From assembly GCF_902713615.1 (NCBI RefSeq), contig NW_024055453.1, forward strand, positions 1-64,000: DNA of 64,000 bases, given 5' to 3'. Both the position numbers and the translations under genes were made by a program. The first letter of the stretch is position 1. Each line of letters opens with the position of its first letter. The notes beneath the pieces were generated by a model that did not search any database, was not told where the DNA came from, and saw only the letters and a list, made by a program, of their open reading frames with translations. This document shows positions 1-13,060 of the stretch, piece by piece. This DNA is from Scyliorhinus canicula. Lineage: Eukaryota.

Positions 1-839
1 CCATCAAACAGTCCCGAGACAGGTACAGCATCCTTCTGGAAATCCAGATAAAGCACATCTACAGGTTCCTTGTTACTCTCCTAAACATCTTGCTAAATTA
101 GTCAATCAATTGATTCCCTGAACCCCATTTTCAACACTGTGTCAAAGAAAATTCAAATCTCCTCTACCCCTCTGGCTCCTTTGCCAATTACATTAGACGG
201 ACTCACTTTCTGTTAAAGAGCCTGTCAACCCCTCTCCTCACTTCCCAAAGTGAACAATTTTAATCAGGAAAAGTCCAACAAATTCAAATTTTCTGTTTAA
301 CAAAGTTTATTGATGAATATAGACATGGTTAAAAACTGACGGAAAATTACTTGAGGATCAAAGACAATCAGAGTAACAGGATGTTCACAATGTTCTGGAC
401 CCAAATAGTTCCCTTCACTCCTCTGTACCCTGTCCCCGTGACTCCCCGCTTTGGACACGGGGCACTGAGCCCTGGGGTCACGTCACTATCAGTCCGGTCA
501 CCCTCTCCCAAAAGGTCAGCAACGTCTTAGAAAAAAATCAAACTCCAGTCACAAATTAAAGGATCACATTCAGGTTTTATGAGTTTTAATACAACAACAA
601 ACAAACTACGAGCTACTTTCAGTCAGAATCCTACACATTAAACTATAAACTAGAACCTTGCCCTTTTTCACAATCTAGAATACACTCCACGATTATAGTT
701 ACTCTACTTATAAATTGAACTTAATTGTCTCAGAACCTGTCCAAAGTGATGATTCATTCCCGAGGTTCATTTACTTCAGTTCTTCAACCAAGACACGAGG
801 AAAAAAAAGGGAGAATAGAATAGAATGTGAACTAGCAAA

Positions 840-1385
840 TACATAAAAATGGAGTGTAAAAGTTTCTGTGGCTACGTAAAAGGACATACTGGTGCTGGAG
901 GGTATGTGCAGAGGAGATCCATTACGTTAATCCCGAGCTAAGGGGTTGGATTATGGGGAGAGGTTGAGTAGACTGGGACTGTACTCGTTGGAATTTAGAA
1001 GGAGAGGGGGATCTTATAGAAACATTTAAAATTATGTAGGGAATAGATAGGATAGATGCGGCAGGTTTTTCCACTGCGGGTGATAGCAGAACTAGGGGAC
1101 AGCCTCAAAATAAGGGGAAGTAGATTTAGGACTGAGTTTAGGAGGAAACTCTTCACCCAAAGGGTTGTGAATCTATAGAATTCCTTGCCCAGTGAAGCAG
1201 TTGAGGCTCCTTCATTAAATGTTTTAAGGTAAAGATAGATAGTTTTTTGAAGAATAAAGGGATTAAGGGTTATGGTGTTCGGGCCGGAAAGTTGAGCTCA
1301 GTCCATAAAAGATCAGCCATGATCTCATTGAATGGCGGACAGCTCGAGGGCCAGATGGCCTACTCCTGCTCCTAGTTCTTATGTT
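840..1385 (+). mobile_element. CR1 LINE 3' fragment (ORF2 C-terminus and 3' tail)
   Basis: Degenerate ...LGLYSLEFRR.RGDLIETFKIM.G.DR... coding, then CR1-type tail ggcctactcctgctcctagttcttatg; many 1-nt deletions. Confidence 0.85.
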
Positions 1386-1934
1386 TGGCTCAAAGGTTTG
1401 TCCATTCCAGATAGAGTCAGAATTTAGAATGAGGAACAGAGATCTCGACAGCCACCTCATTCAACACTCTGGGATGTAGATCATCAGCTTTTGGGGATTT
1501 ATTCACTTCCAAACCCATTAATTTTTCCAGTGCTATTTTTCACCACTACTAATCTCTGCCAGTCCCTTGGTTCTCTGTGTTTTGGGGATATTTCTGTATC
1601 TTCCTCTGTGAAGACATTCACACATTGTTTATTTTCTCTGCCATTTCCTTACTCCCCATTATAAACTCCCTGTCTCTGCTGGAATGGACCCACATTGGTC
1701 TTTGCTAATCTTTCCTTTTCACATGAAGCTTTTCCAGTCGGTTTTTATGTTTCTTCTCCCAGTGCTCTCATCAGTTTCTTGGTCCTCCTTTGCTGAATTC
1801 TAATGGCTCTCATGGAACTTTAACTTTTCTTGTTCGCCACAGTTACATTACTTTTCCTGTTGGGTGTTTGATCCTTAAAGGAATCTATATTTTGAAATAT
1901 ATTTGTATATATGTGAAATATAAATTGCAAAAAT

Positions 1935-2135
1935 CCCAGAGGACCATAGGCTGCTCTCCCCTTTGACAGAGAGCTGACTGGAGGTATTTAACCCGAGGTC
2001 AGCACACCTCAAGCGACGGGCCTGGTTGAGAAGGCTGGGCCTTCATGAATAAACCCAGCCAGTACGAGAGTTGAATCCTCACTGTTGGCCCTTGCTCGCA
2101 TCACCAACCAGTTGTCCAGCCAACTGAGCTAACCA
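1935..2135 (-). mobile_element. tRNA-derived SINE (family related to fragments at ~430-520 and ~5190-5260)
   Basis: Minus strand begins GGTTAGCTCAGTTGG (A box) with a GGATTCAACTC B-box-like motif; body repeated elsewhere in the window. Confidence 0.6.
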
Positions 2136-2554
2136 ACCCCTGATAAATTAGGGTATTCCCTGTACCAATCAGTTTCCCAGTCCACCTCAGACAACTTGCC
2201 CCTCATAACCGATAGTTTCCTTCTGTGGAGGAACACCCAGATAAACAAAGAACCATGTAACCACCAGGGCCCATCTCCATGGCAACGTGGCACGCTTTGG
2301 AGGGTTTGAAACAGAAATGGAAAGAACATATCTTCACATTGCAAACACCCTTCCACTCTTGTGATCCTTGTGCAATTTGAAGCCAGGTACCAGCAACAAG
2401 GCTCAAGAGCATCAGCCCACTGGAGGCAAAGTGGTGAGACCGGCCAGTCCAGCAGAAAGAACCCTCCGACCATCCCCACTGACCACCTGTCAGAATGAAC
2501 AAAATGCAGCCCTGGATGTAGAGCGGAAACAATAACAGAATCCAACCCCTGTAA

Positions 2555-3621
2555 TCATTGTGAAATTGTTGTGTCACAGAGGTCCATGAAACAGGCAATC
2601 CTGTCTCACATTGAGAAGTGGACGGCGTCTCCCCAGTGTGAACTCGCTGGTGTCTCCGCAGGTTGGATAACTGAGTAATACTTCCCACACAGAGCAGTGA
2701 ATGCGCCTCCCCAGTGTGAACTCGCTGGTGTCTGCAGGTTGGATAACTGAGTAAATCCTCTCCACACTGAGAGCAGGTGAGTGGCCTCTCCCCAGTGTGA
2801 ACTCGCTGGTGAATCCGCAGGTGATAACCGAGTGAATCCCTTCCCACTGAGAGCAGGTGAATGGCCTCTCCCCAGTGTGAACTCGCTGGTGTGTACGCAG
2901 GGTGGATAACCGAGTGAATCCCTTCCCACACTGAGAGCAGGTGAATGGCCTCTCCCCAGTGTGAACTCGCTGATGTTTCGCAGGGTGGATGAATCACTGA
3001 AACCCTTCACACTGAGTGCAGTGAATGGCCTCTCCCCAGTGTGAATCGCTGGTGAATCCGCAGATGAATAACCGATGAATCCCTTCCCACATGAGAGCAG
3101 GTGAGTGGCCTCTCCCCAGTGTGAACTCGCTGATGTTTCCGCAGGGTGGATGAATCAATAAATCCCTTCCCACACTGAAAGCAGGTGAATGGCCTTTCCC
3201 CAGTGTGAACACGTTTGTGTCCCCGCAGGGTGGATAAGTGTGCAAATCCTTTCCCACACTGAGAGCAGGTGAATGGCCTCTCCCCAGTGTGAACTCGCTG
3301 GTGTGACTGCAGGGTGGATAGCCGAGTGAATCCCTTCCCAAACTGAGAGCAGGTGAATGGTTTCTCCCCAGTGTGAACTCGCTGATGTATCTGCAAGGTG
3401 GTTGAATCACTGAATCGCTTATCACACTGAGAGCAGGTGAATGGCCTCTCCCCAGTGTGAACTCGCTGGTGTGTCTGCAGATTGAATAACTGAGTGAATC
3501 CCTTCCCGCACTTGGAGCAGGTGAACGGCCTGTCCCCAGTGTGACTGCGTCGATGAATCTCCAGCTTAGATGGGAATCTAAATCCCTTCCCACAGTCCTC
3601 ACATTTCCATGGTTTCTCCAT
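2555..3621 (-). CDS. Tandem C2H2 zinc-finger gene (MEKPWKC type, ~12 finger repeats); 3' half frameshifted
   Basis: ORF 3007-3645: [14 protein letters not shown]... with HTGE[KR]PFTC linkers; further 84-bp repeats to ~2555 carry 1-nt deletions (pseudogene or assembly error). Confidence 0.85.
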
Positions 3622-4132
3622 GTTGTGTGTCTCCAGGTTGTACAATCAGTTGAAGCCTTGTCCGCAGATACAACACGAGTATGGTCTCTCCCAGCTGTGA
3701 ATGTTGTTATGTTTTTCAGGCTGTGTAACTGGTTAAAGCTCTTTCCACAGTCAGTTCACAGGAACACTTTCACTCGGGTGTCTGTTGTGTGGGTCTTGGT
3801 GCTTTTCCAGTCACACTGATGGTTGAAATCTTTAGCTGACAGTTCGGAAAAGGTTTCACCTTCTAGATTCAAAGGTTGGAGATATTCAGGTTCCAAGGAA
3901 TCGAGTAACTGTCAGATTGAGACGTGACGATTGAGATTTCTGTCTGTAATTCTTCCTCATCTAATATCCTGTAAAAACAATTTACAAAATTCATCACTGT
4001 CAGTACAGGATAGAAACTCAGAACAGACAATTCTAGTTTCTATGTGACATTTTTTCCTCTCTCTTATCCCTGAAAGCTGTAAATCTCCATCCCACACACT
4101 CCCTCCATTCTCATTCTGGTGTATCGCCGTTG

Positions 4133-4365
4133 AGTAGCACAGTGGTTAGCACTGTTGCTTCACAATTCTAGGGTCCCAGGTTTGATTCCCGGCTTGGGTC
4201 ACTGTCTGTGCGGAGTCTGCACAGGTCCCCATGTCTGCGCGGGTTTCCTCCGGTTTCCTCCCACAGTCCGAGGACATGCAGGTTAGGTGGATTGGCCATG
4301 CTAAATTGCCCCTTAACTGGACAAAATGAATTGGGCACTCTAAATTTATTTTAAAAAAGAAAAAA
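4133..4365 (+). mobile_element. V-SINE/HE1-like SINE, short A-rich-tail variant
   Basis: tRNA-like head, gggtcactgtctgtgcggagt core, ggattggccatgctaaattgcc, A-rich end. Confidence 0.85.
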
Positions 4366-4571
4366 AGTCTCGATGAACCAGAGAGAATCCTGAACGTTCA
4401 GCAAGATGCCTCCGTCGAAATTCAATCCTTTGAAAACCAGCCGAGTGGCTGGCGGAGGTACTGGAGGATTTGGAGAACCGAGGGTCAGAGAAAGAACATC
4501 TGAGTCATTGGCCTGTCAGAAGGTGTGGAGGTAAGGCTCCCATTAGGGTCTTTGAGGACCGGCTGCCATGC

Positions 4572-4878
4572 TGGGCGCCATGGTAGCACAATGGCTAGCA
4601 CTGTTGCTTCACAGCATCAGGGACCCCGGTTCAATTCCCAGCTTGGGTCACTGTCTGTGCAGAGTCTGTATGTTCTCCCTGTGTCTATGTGGTTTCCTCC
4701 GGGTGTTCCGGTTTCCTCCAACAAGTCCCAAACAAAGACGTGTTTGTTAGGTGAATTGGACATTCTGAATTCTCCTCTGTGTACCTAAACAGGCCCGGAA
4801 TGTGGCGACTAGGGATTTTCACAGTAACTTCATTGCAGTGTTAATGTAAGCCTCCTTGTGAGACTAATAAAGATTATA
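4572..4878 (+). mobile_element. V-SINE head with alternative tail (...gtggcgactagg...aataaagattat)
   Basis: Same head as the HE1-like copies; tail shared with the short (TTTCA)n SINE family. Confidence 0.8.
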
Positions 4879-5269
4879 ATGAATGGGCCAAAGGCCCTCT
4901 TTCCGTGCTGTAAAATTCTACGACTCTAAAGATAGAGGTGGTATAGGGAGGGAGGGAATGACTTTTAGAGAAACTGCCAAAGCCACAACATTCACCAGCT
5001 CTAAGGACACCTTAGCTCCCTTTCCAATCTGAAAGCAGCCTGAGCTGGATTTACATTCCCCTTAATTCATCAATTGCTGGGTGATAATCCTGTACTTCCT
5101 TACCTCACACCACTGTGACAGCACCTTCACTACACAGACTGCAGCAACTGACCAAACATCACCTTCCAGTTATTCCTGAAGGCACCGCTTCCCACCTGGC
5201 CCCTTGCCTGAGGTGTGGTGATCCTCAGGTCACATCACCGCCGGTCAGCTCTCTGTCCCGGGACCAGGC

Positions 5270-5350
5270 CCTGCGTCACAGCCACCAGCTTGGGGAAGCA
5301 GAGCGCATGCGCTGGCGTCTTGGTGACGCAACACCTGGTGGGCGGGACCT
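5270..5350. promoter_or_regulatory. Putative bidirectional promoter core between divergent ZNF units
   Basis: Palindromic NRF1 motif GCGCATGCGC flanked by inverted TGCGTCAC/GTGACGCA (CRE-like) and a GC box. Confidence 0.5.
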
Positions 5351-6639
5351 GAAGGGTTTCTGTTCCCAAGCCGGGTCCTAGTGCCGGTGGCAAAATTATC
5401 AAAGGGAAAACAGGTTTTTCATCTACTTCGAACACATTGTAATAGGTTTTAAAACGTTTACCCCACTCCCAGGCTGAAGCTGATAGATGTTTGTTGCCTG
5501 TAGGTATCTCTGGATTGCGTAGACATTCAATGTGAGAGGCTGCAGCCTCTATATAGCTACCTGAAGGGGGTTTTCCAAATGTTGATTACATTTCGTGGTC
5601 ATTTCCAGTTCATTATCAGGATGTTTGTGTGATATTTTCTTACCCTCAGTGTTTTTTCTTTATTTAAAATACATTCAGCAGCAAGCTTAATGGTGATTTT
5701 TAACGGATGGGAGATTATTTATTATCACACCCTTTCCCTGGATATTGAACATCTCAGTTCTCGTCGTCCCTTTCACACTCACGACACATACACAGGAATT
5801 AGGTAAAGGTCAAGTTGAAGCTATAATGATGAAAATGAATGTAGACTGCAATCTTTATATCGCTGCAGGCCTTGTTGTCCTCTTGTTAGCTGATTCTTAG
5901 TTGGAGTGAAGGGTTTTTAGAAACAAATAATTTTCATGAGGCTCTGAAGCTTCTTGTAGATGAATAGCCAGGAGGTTGGTTCTCAGTGGGCTTGGAAGCT
6001 GGAATAAGTTCAGGTCCTGTGGCTGCACTGGGAGACATTCAGCTCTGCTGGTTAAGCTGGTTCCTGGTGCTTCAGATGCTTCTTACACACACATTTGTTT
6101 TGTTCAGGGTTTATTATACTGCAATCCCTGACAATTAACTGCAGGGTTAAAAACTCTGAGACCCAGGACACCCCGATACAATAGCAGTTTACGATGCTCA
6201 CTCACGCTTATCTCTGTCCCAATTCAATGTCATTCTCCTGTGTTCAATACGGCACTTGGAGACCAACAGTCCTGAGATTTCATATTCCTCAAATGCTGGT
6301 TCATCCGGACACAAGGAGACATTTAAACTTCACAGGTGGCTGCAAAGTTTCCTTATTCAGGTCCGTATTAACTAATTATTGGTCACCAGCATCGAATATT
6401 GCCCACAGGTTATTGTCCATAATAACCTGTTAAGTTGCAGCCATCTTGACAGAGTTTGTGGATCTTAGTCTATCACATCTAGTACCCTTGTGCTGAACGT
6501 GACATCCTGAATCTACTATTGGGGTCTTATTAAAACAGTACATTGTAGCTGGTGAAGAGACTTAGAGCGGTGGGAGGGGGGGGGGGGGGTTACTCTGGCA
6601 GTCCGACTTCTGTTCGTGGACCTTGTCTATTCCCAGTGG

Positions 6640-6790
6640 CCCTGCAGAGGCAGCATGCGGTATCCACCGGAATGCTTGATGCCTTCCACACCCCGTGGAT
6701 ACCTCAGCGGACAGAGTGTTTCAGAGACACTGGGAACAATATTCTGGTTCAGTAGGAAGGTTCCCTACACTTTTGTTGGGGCTTCTAGCT
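6640..6790 (+). mobile_element. Tx1/L1-type ORF2 extreme 3' fragment
   Basis: RQHAVSTGMLDAFHTPWIPQRTEC resembles REHAVSTGTLEDSRARWAPQGLDC at the end of the 26.8-30.5 kb element. Confidence 0.65.
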
Positions 6791-6927
6791 GATTTTGGTC
6801 TTCTATTTTGGCTGGACCACATGCTAGTGGAAAGCAAGAGAGGAAAGAGGTTGATAGAAACTAGAATGATCTGTTGTGAATTTCTATCCTATTCTTACAG
6901 TGATCATTGTTGTAAACTTCTTTTTCA

Positions 6928-7532
6928 GGCATTAGAATGGGAGGATTGGCAGCTGAGCAACTCGAACCAAATATAACATCAAGATCTGAGCAGCACGGTA
7001 GCATGGTGGTTAGCATAAATGCTTCGCAGCTCCAGGGTCCCAGGTTCAATTCCCGGCTGGGTCACTGTCTGTGTGGAGTCTTCACGTCCTCCCCGTGTGT
7101 GCGTGAGTTTTCGTCCAGGTGCTCCGGTTTCCTCCCACCAGTCCAAAGATGTGCGGGTTAGGTGGATTGGCCATGCTAAATTGCCCGTAGTGTCCTAAAA
7201 AGTAAGGTTAAGGGGGGGTTGTTGGGTTACGGGTGTGGGGTGGATGTGTGGGTTTGAGTAGGGTGATCATTGCTTGGCACAACATCGAGGGCTGAGGGGC
7301 CTGTTCTGTGCTGTACTGTTCTATGTTCTATCTGACAGTCACTCAATTCATTAGGAGTATAAATATCACAAACTGTCAATGTGCTTGTCTGTTCTGACTG
7401 TGGGAAGAGGATTTCAAACATCAGTGTGACTGGAAAAAGCCCCGAGACCCACACACCACACTCTGAGTGAAAGTGTTCCAGTGAACTGACTGTGGAAAGA
7501 GCTTCAACCAGTTACACAGCCTGAAAAATCAT
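6928..7532 (+). pseudogene. ZNF exon relic (leader only), split by a SINE and truncated by CR1
   Basis: Acceptor ttttcag, leader ...CSDCGKRFQTSV*LEK...Q*TDCGKSFNQLHSLKN; CR1 fragment from ~7535. Confidence 0.75.
6990..7330 (+). mobile_element. HE1-like V-SINE, full length, CR1-type tail
   Basis: Head, V-core and tail gggcctgttctgtgctgtactgttctatgttcta; near-identical to copies at 19218 and 24902. Confidence 0.9.
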
Positions 7533-8104
7533 CTGTTTCCTCTTGTGGGAGAGTCTAGGACCAGAGGGCATAATCTCAGAGGAAGGGGTCTCAAATTTAG
7601 AACCGAGATGAGGAGACATTTCTTCCATCAGAGGGTAGAGAATCTGTGGAATTCTTTAGCTGGGCAATCCTTCTTTATCTGGGAATCAAACTGTTGTCTA
7701 ATTGTCCCAGCATTTACCAGGCTCCCGTGAAGTACTCCAGCTGCTATTTAAATGCAGACTTCAACAATCTATTTTCAGTAGGTTTCTATTCAATTATTTC
7801 ATTGTGACTGTCACATAACCACATTTGCAGTCTGGAAACTTAAAGGAGCTACTTTACATTCAATCAGGAACATCACAGTTTTACACCAATCTCTGATTTT
7901 ACAGCACGTTTCCATCATTCACCATTGTTCTTCCTGACTCTAAACACAGTTGTAAGGGAGCTTCTGTTCCATGCCCAGGAACTCTGAACCATGGAAGAGA
8001 ACAGCGGGGATATATTCCACTCACACCTCAGGATTAACCCACACGAGGACTTTGCTGACAGTGAAGAGAGATGAGATAGACCAAAGTGTTGATGGTAAAA
8101 GTAA

Positions 8105-8278
8105 AGTAAATCGCTTATTGTCACGAGTAGGCTTCAAATGAAGTTACTGTGAAAAGCCCCTAGTCGCCACATTCCGGCGCCTGTTCGGGGAGGCTGTTAC
8201 GGGAATCGAACCGTGCTGCTGGCTTGCCTTGGTCTGCTTTCAAAGCCAGCGATTAGCCCTGTGAGCTAAACAGCCCCT
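8105..8278 (-). mobile_element. Short tRNA-derived SINE (GGGGCTG head)
   Basis: ~180 bp, repeated at 11060, 18531, 24628, 39875, 47477 and 56106. Confidence 0.85.
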
Positions 8279-8546
8279 CTCAGTGTGACCCTGAAGGACT
8301 GTGTCCAGGCTGAAGTTCTGTTCCTGCCGTATGATTCTCCCCAGATTGTCCTTTCTGAGCTACAGACAGGTGATGTTAAACACAGGTGGAAAAGACAAAA
8401 ACCTGCAACGTTTCAAACCAAGCTGATTTATTTCACATTTATTCAGAATATTAAACCTCATCAACAGATGAAAACAGTCACAGTGAAACTGATTCACTGC
8501 TGAACATGATTAACAGCATCAATAAGGTAGAATCCAAAATTTGTAG

Positions 8547-9637
8547 TCACTTGTGAACTCGCTGGTGTGTTAGCAAGTGGGATGACTGAGTAAATCCCAT
8601 CACAGACATTACAGGTGAATGGCCACTCCCCAGTGTGAATGCGATGATGTTTCAGAAGATAAGATAAATGAGAAAATCCCTTCCCACATATGGAGCAAGT
8701 GAACGGCCTCTCCCCACTGTAAACTCACTGGTGTGTCAGCAGGTGGATGACTGACTGAATCCCTTCTCACACACAGAGCAGGTGAATGGCCTCTCCCCAG
8801 TGTGAACGTCGCTGGTGATTCAATAGGTTGGATGAACGAGTGAATCCCTTCCCACACACTGAGCAAGTGAACGGTCTCTGCTCACTGTGAACCTGCTGAT
8901 GTGTCAGAAGGTTGTATGAACGTGTGAATCCCTTCCCACATTCAGAGCAGGTGAACGGTCTATCCCCTGTATGAAGTTGCTGGTGTATCAGAAGGTTGGA
9001 TGAATTAATGAATCCTTTCCCACAGTCAGAGCATGTGAATGGCCTCTCCCCAGTGTGAATTCTCTGGTGGTTCAGTAGGGCAGATGGACGGCTGAATCCT
9101 TTCCCACACACAGAGCAGGTGAATGGTCTCTCCCCAGTGTGAGCATATTGGTGTGTTAGTAAATCCTTTTTGTATTAAGCTCTTCTCACAGTCAGGACAG
9201 TTAAAAAAATTGTTATCATAGTGAACAAGTTGATGTGTCTGCAGGTGGGATGACTGAATTAATCATTTCCCACACAGGGAGCATGAGAACGGTCTCTCCC
9301 CAGTGTGAATAAATTGATGTGTCAGCAGATCCTTTTTACATTTAAAACTCTTTTCACAGTCAGGACATGTAAATGGTCTCTTATCAGTGTGAACAAGTTG
9401 ATGAGTCACAATGTGGGATGACCGAGTGAATCCCTTCCCACAAACAGGGCAGGTGATAGGCCTCTCCTCAGTGTGAACTCGTTGGTGTGTCAGAAGGTTG
9501 TATGAATGGGTGAATCCCTTCCCACAAATGGAGCAGATGAACGGTCTCTCCCCAATGTGACTGCGACGATGAACTTCCAGTTGTGATGGGTAACTGAATC
9601 CCTTCCCACAGTCCGCACATTTCCACAGTTTCTCCAT
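8547..9637 (-). pseudogene. Tandem C2H2 ZNF (MEKLWKC start, ~13 finger repeats) with nonsense codon and frameshifts
   Basis: ORFs 9263-9637 (ends CGK*) and 8767-9111, joined by frameshifted fingers; AATAAA downstream at ~8440. Confidence 0.85.
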
Positions 9638-10299
9638 GTTGAGGGGTCTTTATGTCTCTCCCGGTTGAAGCTTTGTCCACACACAAATAAGCGTTTACTT
9701 TCTCCCTGCAGTGAATGATGTGATACTCTTTTTGAGGCTGTGTAACTGGTTAAAACTCTCTCCACAGTCAGTGGACTGGAAAACTCTCAATGGGGGTGGG
9801 TCTCGGTGCTTTTGCAGTCACACTGCTGAAACAGAACAAACCCTTCTCCTTCCAAATTCAAAGATTGAAGATATTCAGCTCTTAATGAATTGAGTGGCTG
9901 TCAGATTTCGATATGATGTTTGGTTTGAGTTTTCTGTTGGCCAATCCTCCATTTCCAATATCCTGTAAAAGGAGTTTACAAAAGCCATCACTGTCAGTGA
10001 AGCATATAAATTCTGAACAGACAATTCTACTTTCTCTGGAATATTTTTCCCTCTCTTGTTCCCTCAAAGCTGTAAATCCCCGTCCCACACACTCTCCCTC
10101 CTCCCTGGGCTGAAATCCAAACCCATCTCACCATTTCTTTCCTCCACTCCCAGTTTTCTCCCTCCCTCTCCTCTGCCTGGGTTCAGTTCTCCAGCTCCTG
10201 TCTGCAGACTGACAATAAAACCAATGGGTCTTATTGGGGGGTTTGGGTTCTCACCATTGTCCCCGCTCGCGGCGGCTCTCATTCAACCTCTGGGAGCCA

Positions 10300-10725
10300 C
10301 ACTCACTCTCACTGCGGCTGCGCTCAGCCCGGAGCAGCACCGCGCATGCTCCACACAGAGAGGCCACTTCCGGGGATGGGGCAACTTGCGCCTGCGCGTT
10401 CTGACTCCTGAGCATTCTGACTCCTGAGATGGAAATAGGGCGCATTCGGCCTCGCCGGGCATTCCGGGTAGCCTTATCTGCCATTATTCCATTTTATTCC
10501 TCAGGGTGATAAATTGGTTACGGCACTTTTGATTACGTTCGTTGTTTGTACCGAATGTGCCAGCCGCATCGGTGATTTTCTCTCTGATCGGCCCCTGTTA
10601 ACGGCTGTCATCTGTTTCGGGGGCGATATGCAGCAGGGCGCCTGCGCGGCCGCCATCTTTCTCAGCGGACATGTGCAGCAGGGCGCATGCGCGGGCATCC
10701 AGGAACCGGAAGCCGGAAGAGAGAA
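10300..10725. promoter_or_regulatory. CpG-rich bidirectional promoter
   Basis: NRF1-like GCGCATGC (10341, 10683), YY1 motif CCGCCATCTT (~10650), tandem ETS CCGGAAGCCGGAAG (~10706); lies between divergent ZNF units. Confidence 0.65.
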
Positions 10726-10774
10726 TCTTGTGAATTTCTTTCCTGGACAGAGAATGAAATTCCTTTGGAAACTC

Positions 10775-10945
10775 ATTTAGAAAGAGGAGGATTTGCCAAC
10801 GGGAACTTCAAACCAAACATCACATCACATCATCCTCTGACTGAGTTACTCGATTCATCAGTACCTGAATATCATTGGGAGGTAAAATGGTTTGTCTGTT
10901 CTGCCTGAGGACAAAGATTTCAGATATCAGAGTGACTGGGAAAAT
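10775..10945 (+). pseudogene. ZNF exon leader relic
   Basis: gggaacttcaaaccaaacatcac...cctgaatatc...tttgtctgttctg...gtgactggg matches the leader of the other paralogues. Confidence 0.65.
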
Positions 10946-11059
10946 TTAAATGACCATTCCGGGTTAAATTTGAGATTAATTACACCGATCACATTGGGGA
11001 TGTTAAATAATTTGCTGTTGTACTCATTTGTATGCAGGTAAATTTGGAAATGTCCGCAT

Positions 11060-11245
11060 TAGGGGCTGGTTTAGTTCACAGGGCTAATTGCTGCCTTTTA
11101 AAGCAGACCAAGCAGGCCAGCAGCACGGTTCGATTCCCATACCAGCCTCCCCGGACAGGCGCCGGAATGTGGCGACTAGGGGCTTTTCACAGTAACTTTA
11201 TTGAAGTCTACTCGTGACAATAAGTGATTTTCATTTCATTCATTC
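11060..11245 (+). mobile_element. Short tRNA-derived SINE with (TTTCA)n tail
   Basis: Multi-copy within the window. Confidence 0.85.
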
Positions 11246-11634
11246 ATTAGCATACTTGGCAGCTAAACTGGGCAAACTGTTGACCTTGTTAGTAGTGAGA
11301 GTTACTATCCGGGTTTTTATTGAAGTTTGTTGTTCCTGTTGCATTTCATTTAGCTCACCGGGGCTGCAAAGTCGGTATTCAGCCTAATCTCAATTTCCAG
11401 ATTGTGGTCTGTAGCTTTTTAAGTTACATCAATTAAAATGTCTATCGAAATACTTTACAAATGTTCTGAGGGTTTCTGTCAGCATGTCACAGATCCTGAC
11501 CACCCTCTAAACCACCTAGTCCTTCCCTAAATCTCTGCCCCCTTTTATATGTATCCCTCAACCAAAGGGAATAGGACCTTCCTATCCAATCTATATAGAT
11601 CCCTCAGAATTAAAAAAATACATACGTTTATATC

Positions 11635-12100
11635 TTTTTCCAATTAAGCGGCAATTTAGTTTTGCCAAGCCACCTGACCTGCACATATTTGGGTTGTGGG
11701 GGTTAGGGTTGGGGCGCACAGATAATGGGAGAATGTGCAAACTCCTTACAGACTGTGACCTGGGGCCAGGATCGTGCCTGGGTCCCCAGCATGCAGGCAC
11801 ACAACCACTGTGCCACCATGATCCCCCAGAATTTTATACATTTAGAATAATCTTAATTATTGTCACAAGTAGGCTTACATTAACACTGCAATGAAGTTAC
11901 TGTGAAAATACCCTAGTCACCACACTTTGGCACCTATTCGGGTACACAGAGGGAGAATTCAGAATGTCCAATTCACCTAACAAGCATGTCTTTCAGGACT
12001 TGTCAGAGGAAACCCAAACAGACACTGGGAGAACATGTAGACTGCGCAGACAGCGTCCCCAGTGGGAATTGAACCCAGCACCCTGGTGCAACAGTGCTAC
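11635..12100 (-). mobile_element. Two adjacent degenerate V-SINE copies
   Basis: Reverse-complement V-SINE core and tails. Confidence 0.75.
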
Positions 12101-12150
12101 CATAAACAGTTCAGCTCATTCAGTTCATTCTCAGATTAAAGAAGCTGAAG

Positions 12151-12223
12151 CGCCCAATGTGGGTCTTGAACCCACGGCCCTGGGATGAAGAGTCCCATGC
12201 TCTACCGACTGAGCTAGCTGGGC
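12151..12223 (-). tRNA. tRNA-Lys(CTT) gene or pseudogene
   Basis: GCCCAGCTAGCTCAGTCGGTAGAGCATGGGACTCTTCATCCCAGGGCCGTGGGTTCAAGACCCACATTGGGCG, 73 nt; close to canonical vertebrate tRNA-Lys-CTT but with C37 and a C7:A66 mismatch. Confidence 0.85.
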
Positions 12224-12814
12224 TGCTTTTCAAAATTTAATTTTGGTCTCCCCTCAGTCTTTTCTGTTCCAAAGAAAACAGCTCCAGTTTATCCAAACTT
12301 TCCTCAGAGCAAACATTGTCAATTTCTGGCTGATGTTCTTAAATCCCCGCTGTGCTCTCTCTGGTGCAATCTTCCTGTGCACAGGAATCTAGCTCTGGCC
12401 TACCTAGTCCTGTCCTGCCATTTATCATGTAATCCTTTGCCTTGTTTTCCCTGTAGCTTTCTTCCTTATTCCTCAAGTGTTCAATCATTTTTGTGTCACA
12501 GGTAAACTTCTTCTTCATGTTCCTACATTTAATTTCAAATCAATGATGTAAACCAGGAGTGAAGGGCCCAGTACCGATTCCTTGGAAACCGGCACTGGAA
12601 ACAGCCCTTTGATTTTCTCTGTTCTTTATGGCATGCGAGTGTCACGGGCAAACCAGCTTGGTTGCCCATTCCTAATTGTCCTTAAACTGAGTGGTTTACT
12701 AGGCAATTCAAAATTAACGACATTTCAGTGAGTTGGCCAGATCAGGTAATGCTGGTGCAGACTTGATGGGCCGAATGGTCTGCTTCAGCGCTGTAGATTT
12801 TATGATTAATTCTG

Positions 12815-13060
12815 ACCATGGGTCACTGTCTCTGTCGAATTTTCCTGCATCTGCGTAGATTTCCTTCGCGGGTGCTCTGGTATCCTCCCACAGTCCAAAA
12901 CTGTGCAGATTAGGTGGATTGGCTGTGCTAAATTGTCCCCGGGAGGTGTTACGGGGATAGGGTGGGGAATTCGCCAAGGTAGAGTGCTCTTTCAGAGGGT
13001 TGCTACAGACTTCATGGGTCAAATGGCCTCCTTCTGCACTGAGGGGATTCTATGATTCTA
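12815..13060 (+). mobile_element. V-SINE, 5'-truncated
   Basis: V-core and CR1-type tail (attctatgattcta). Confidence 0.75.

Noticed and set aside
5650-6500. Possible LTR-like sequence
   Set aside because: Could not identify TG..CA ends with a TSD
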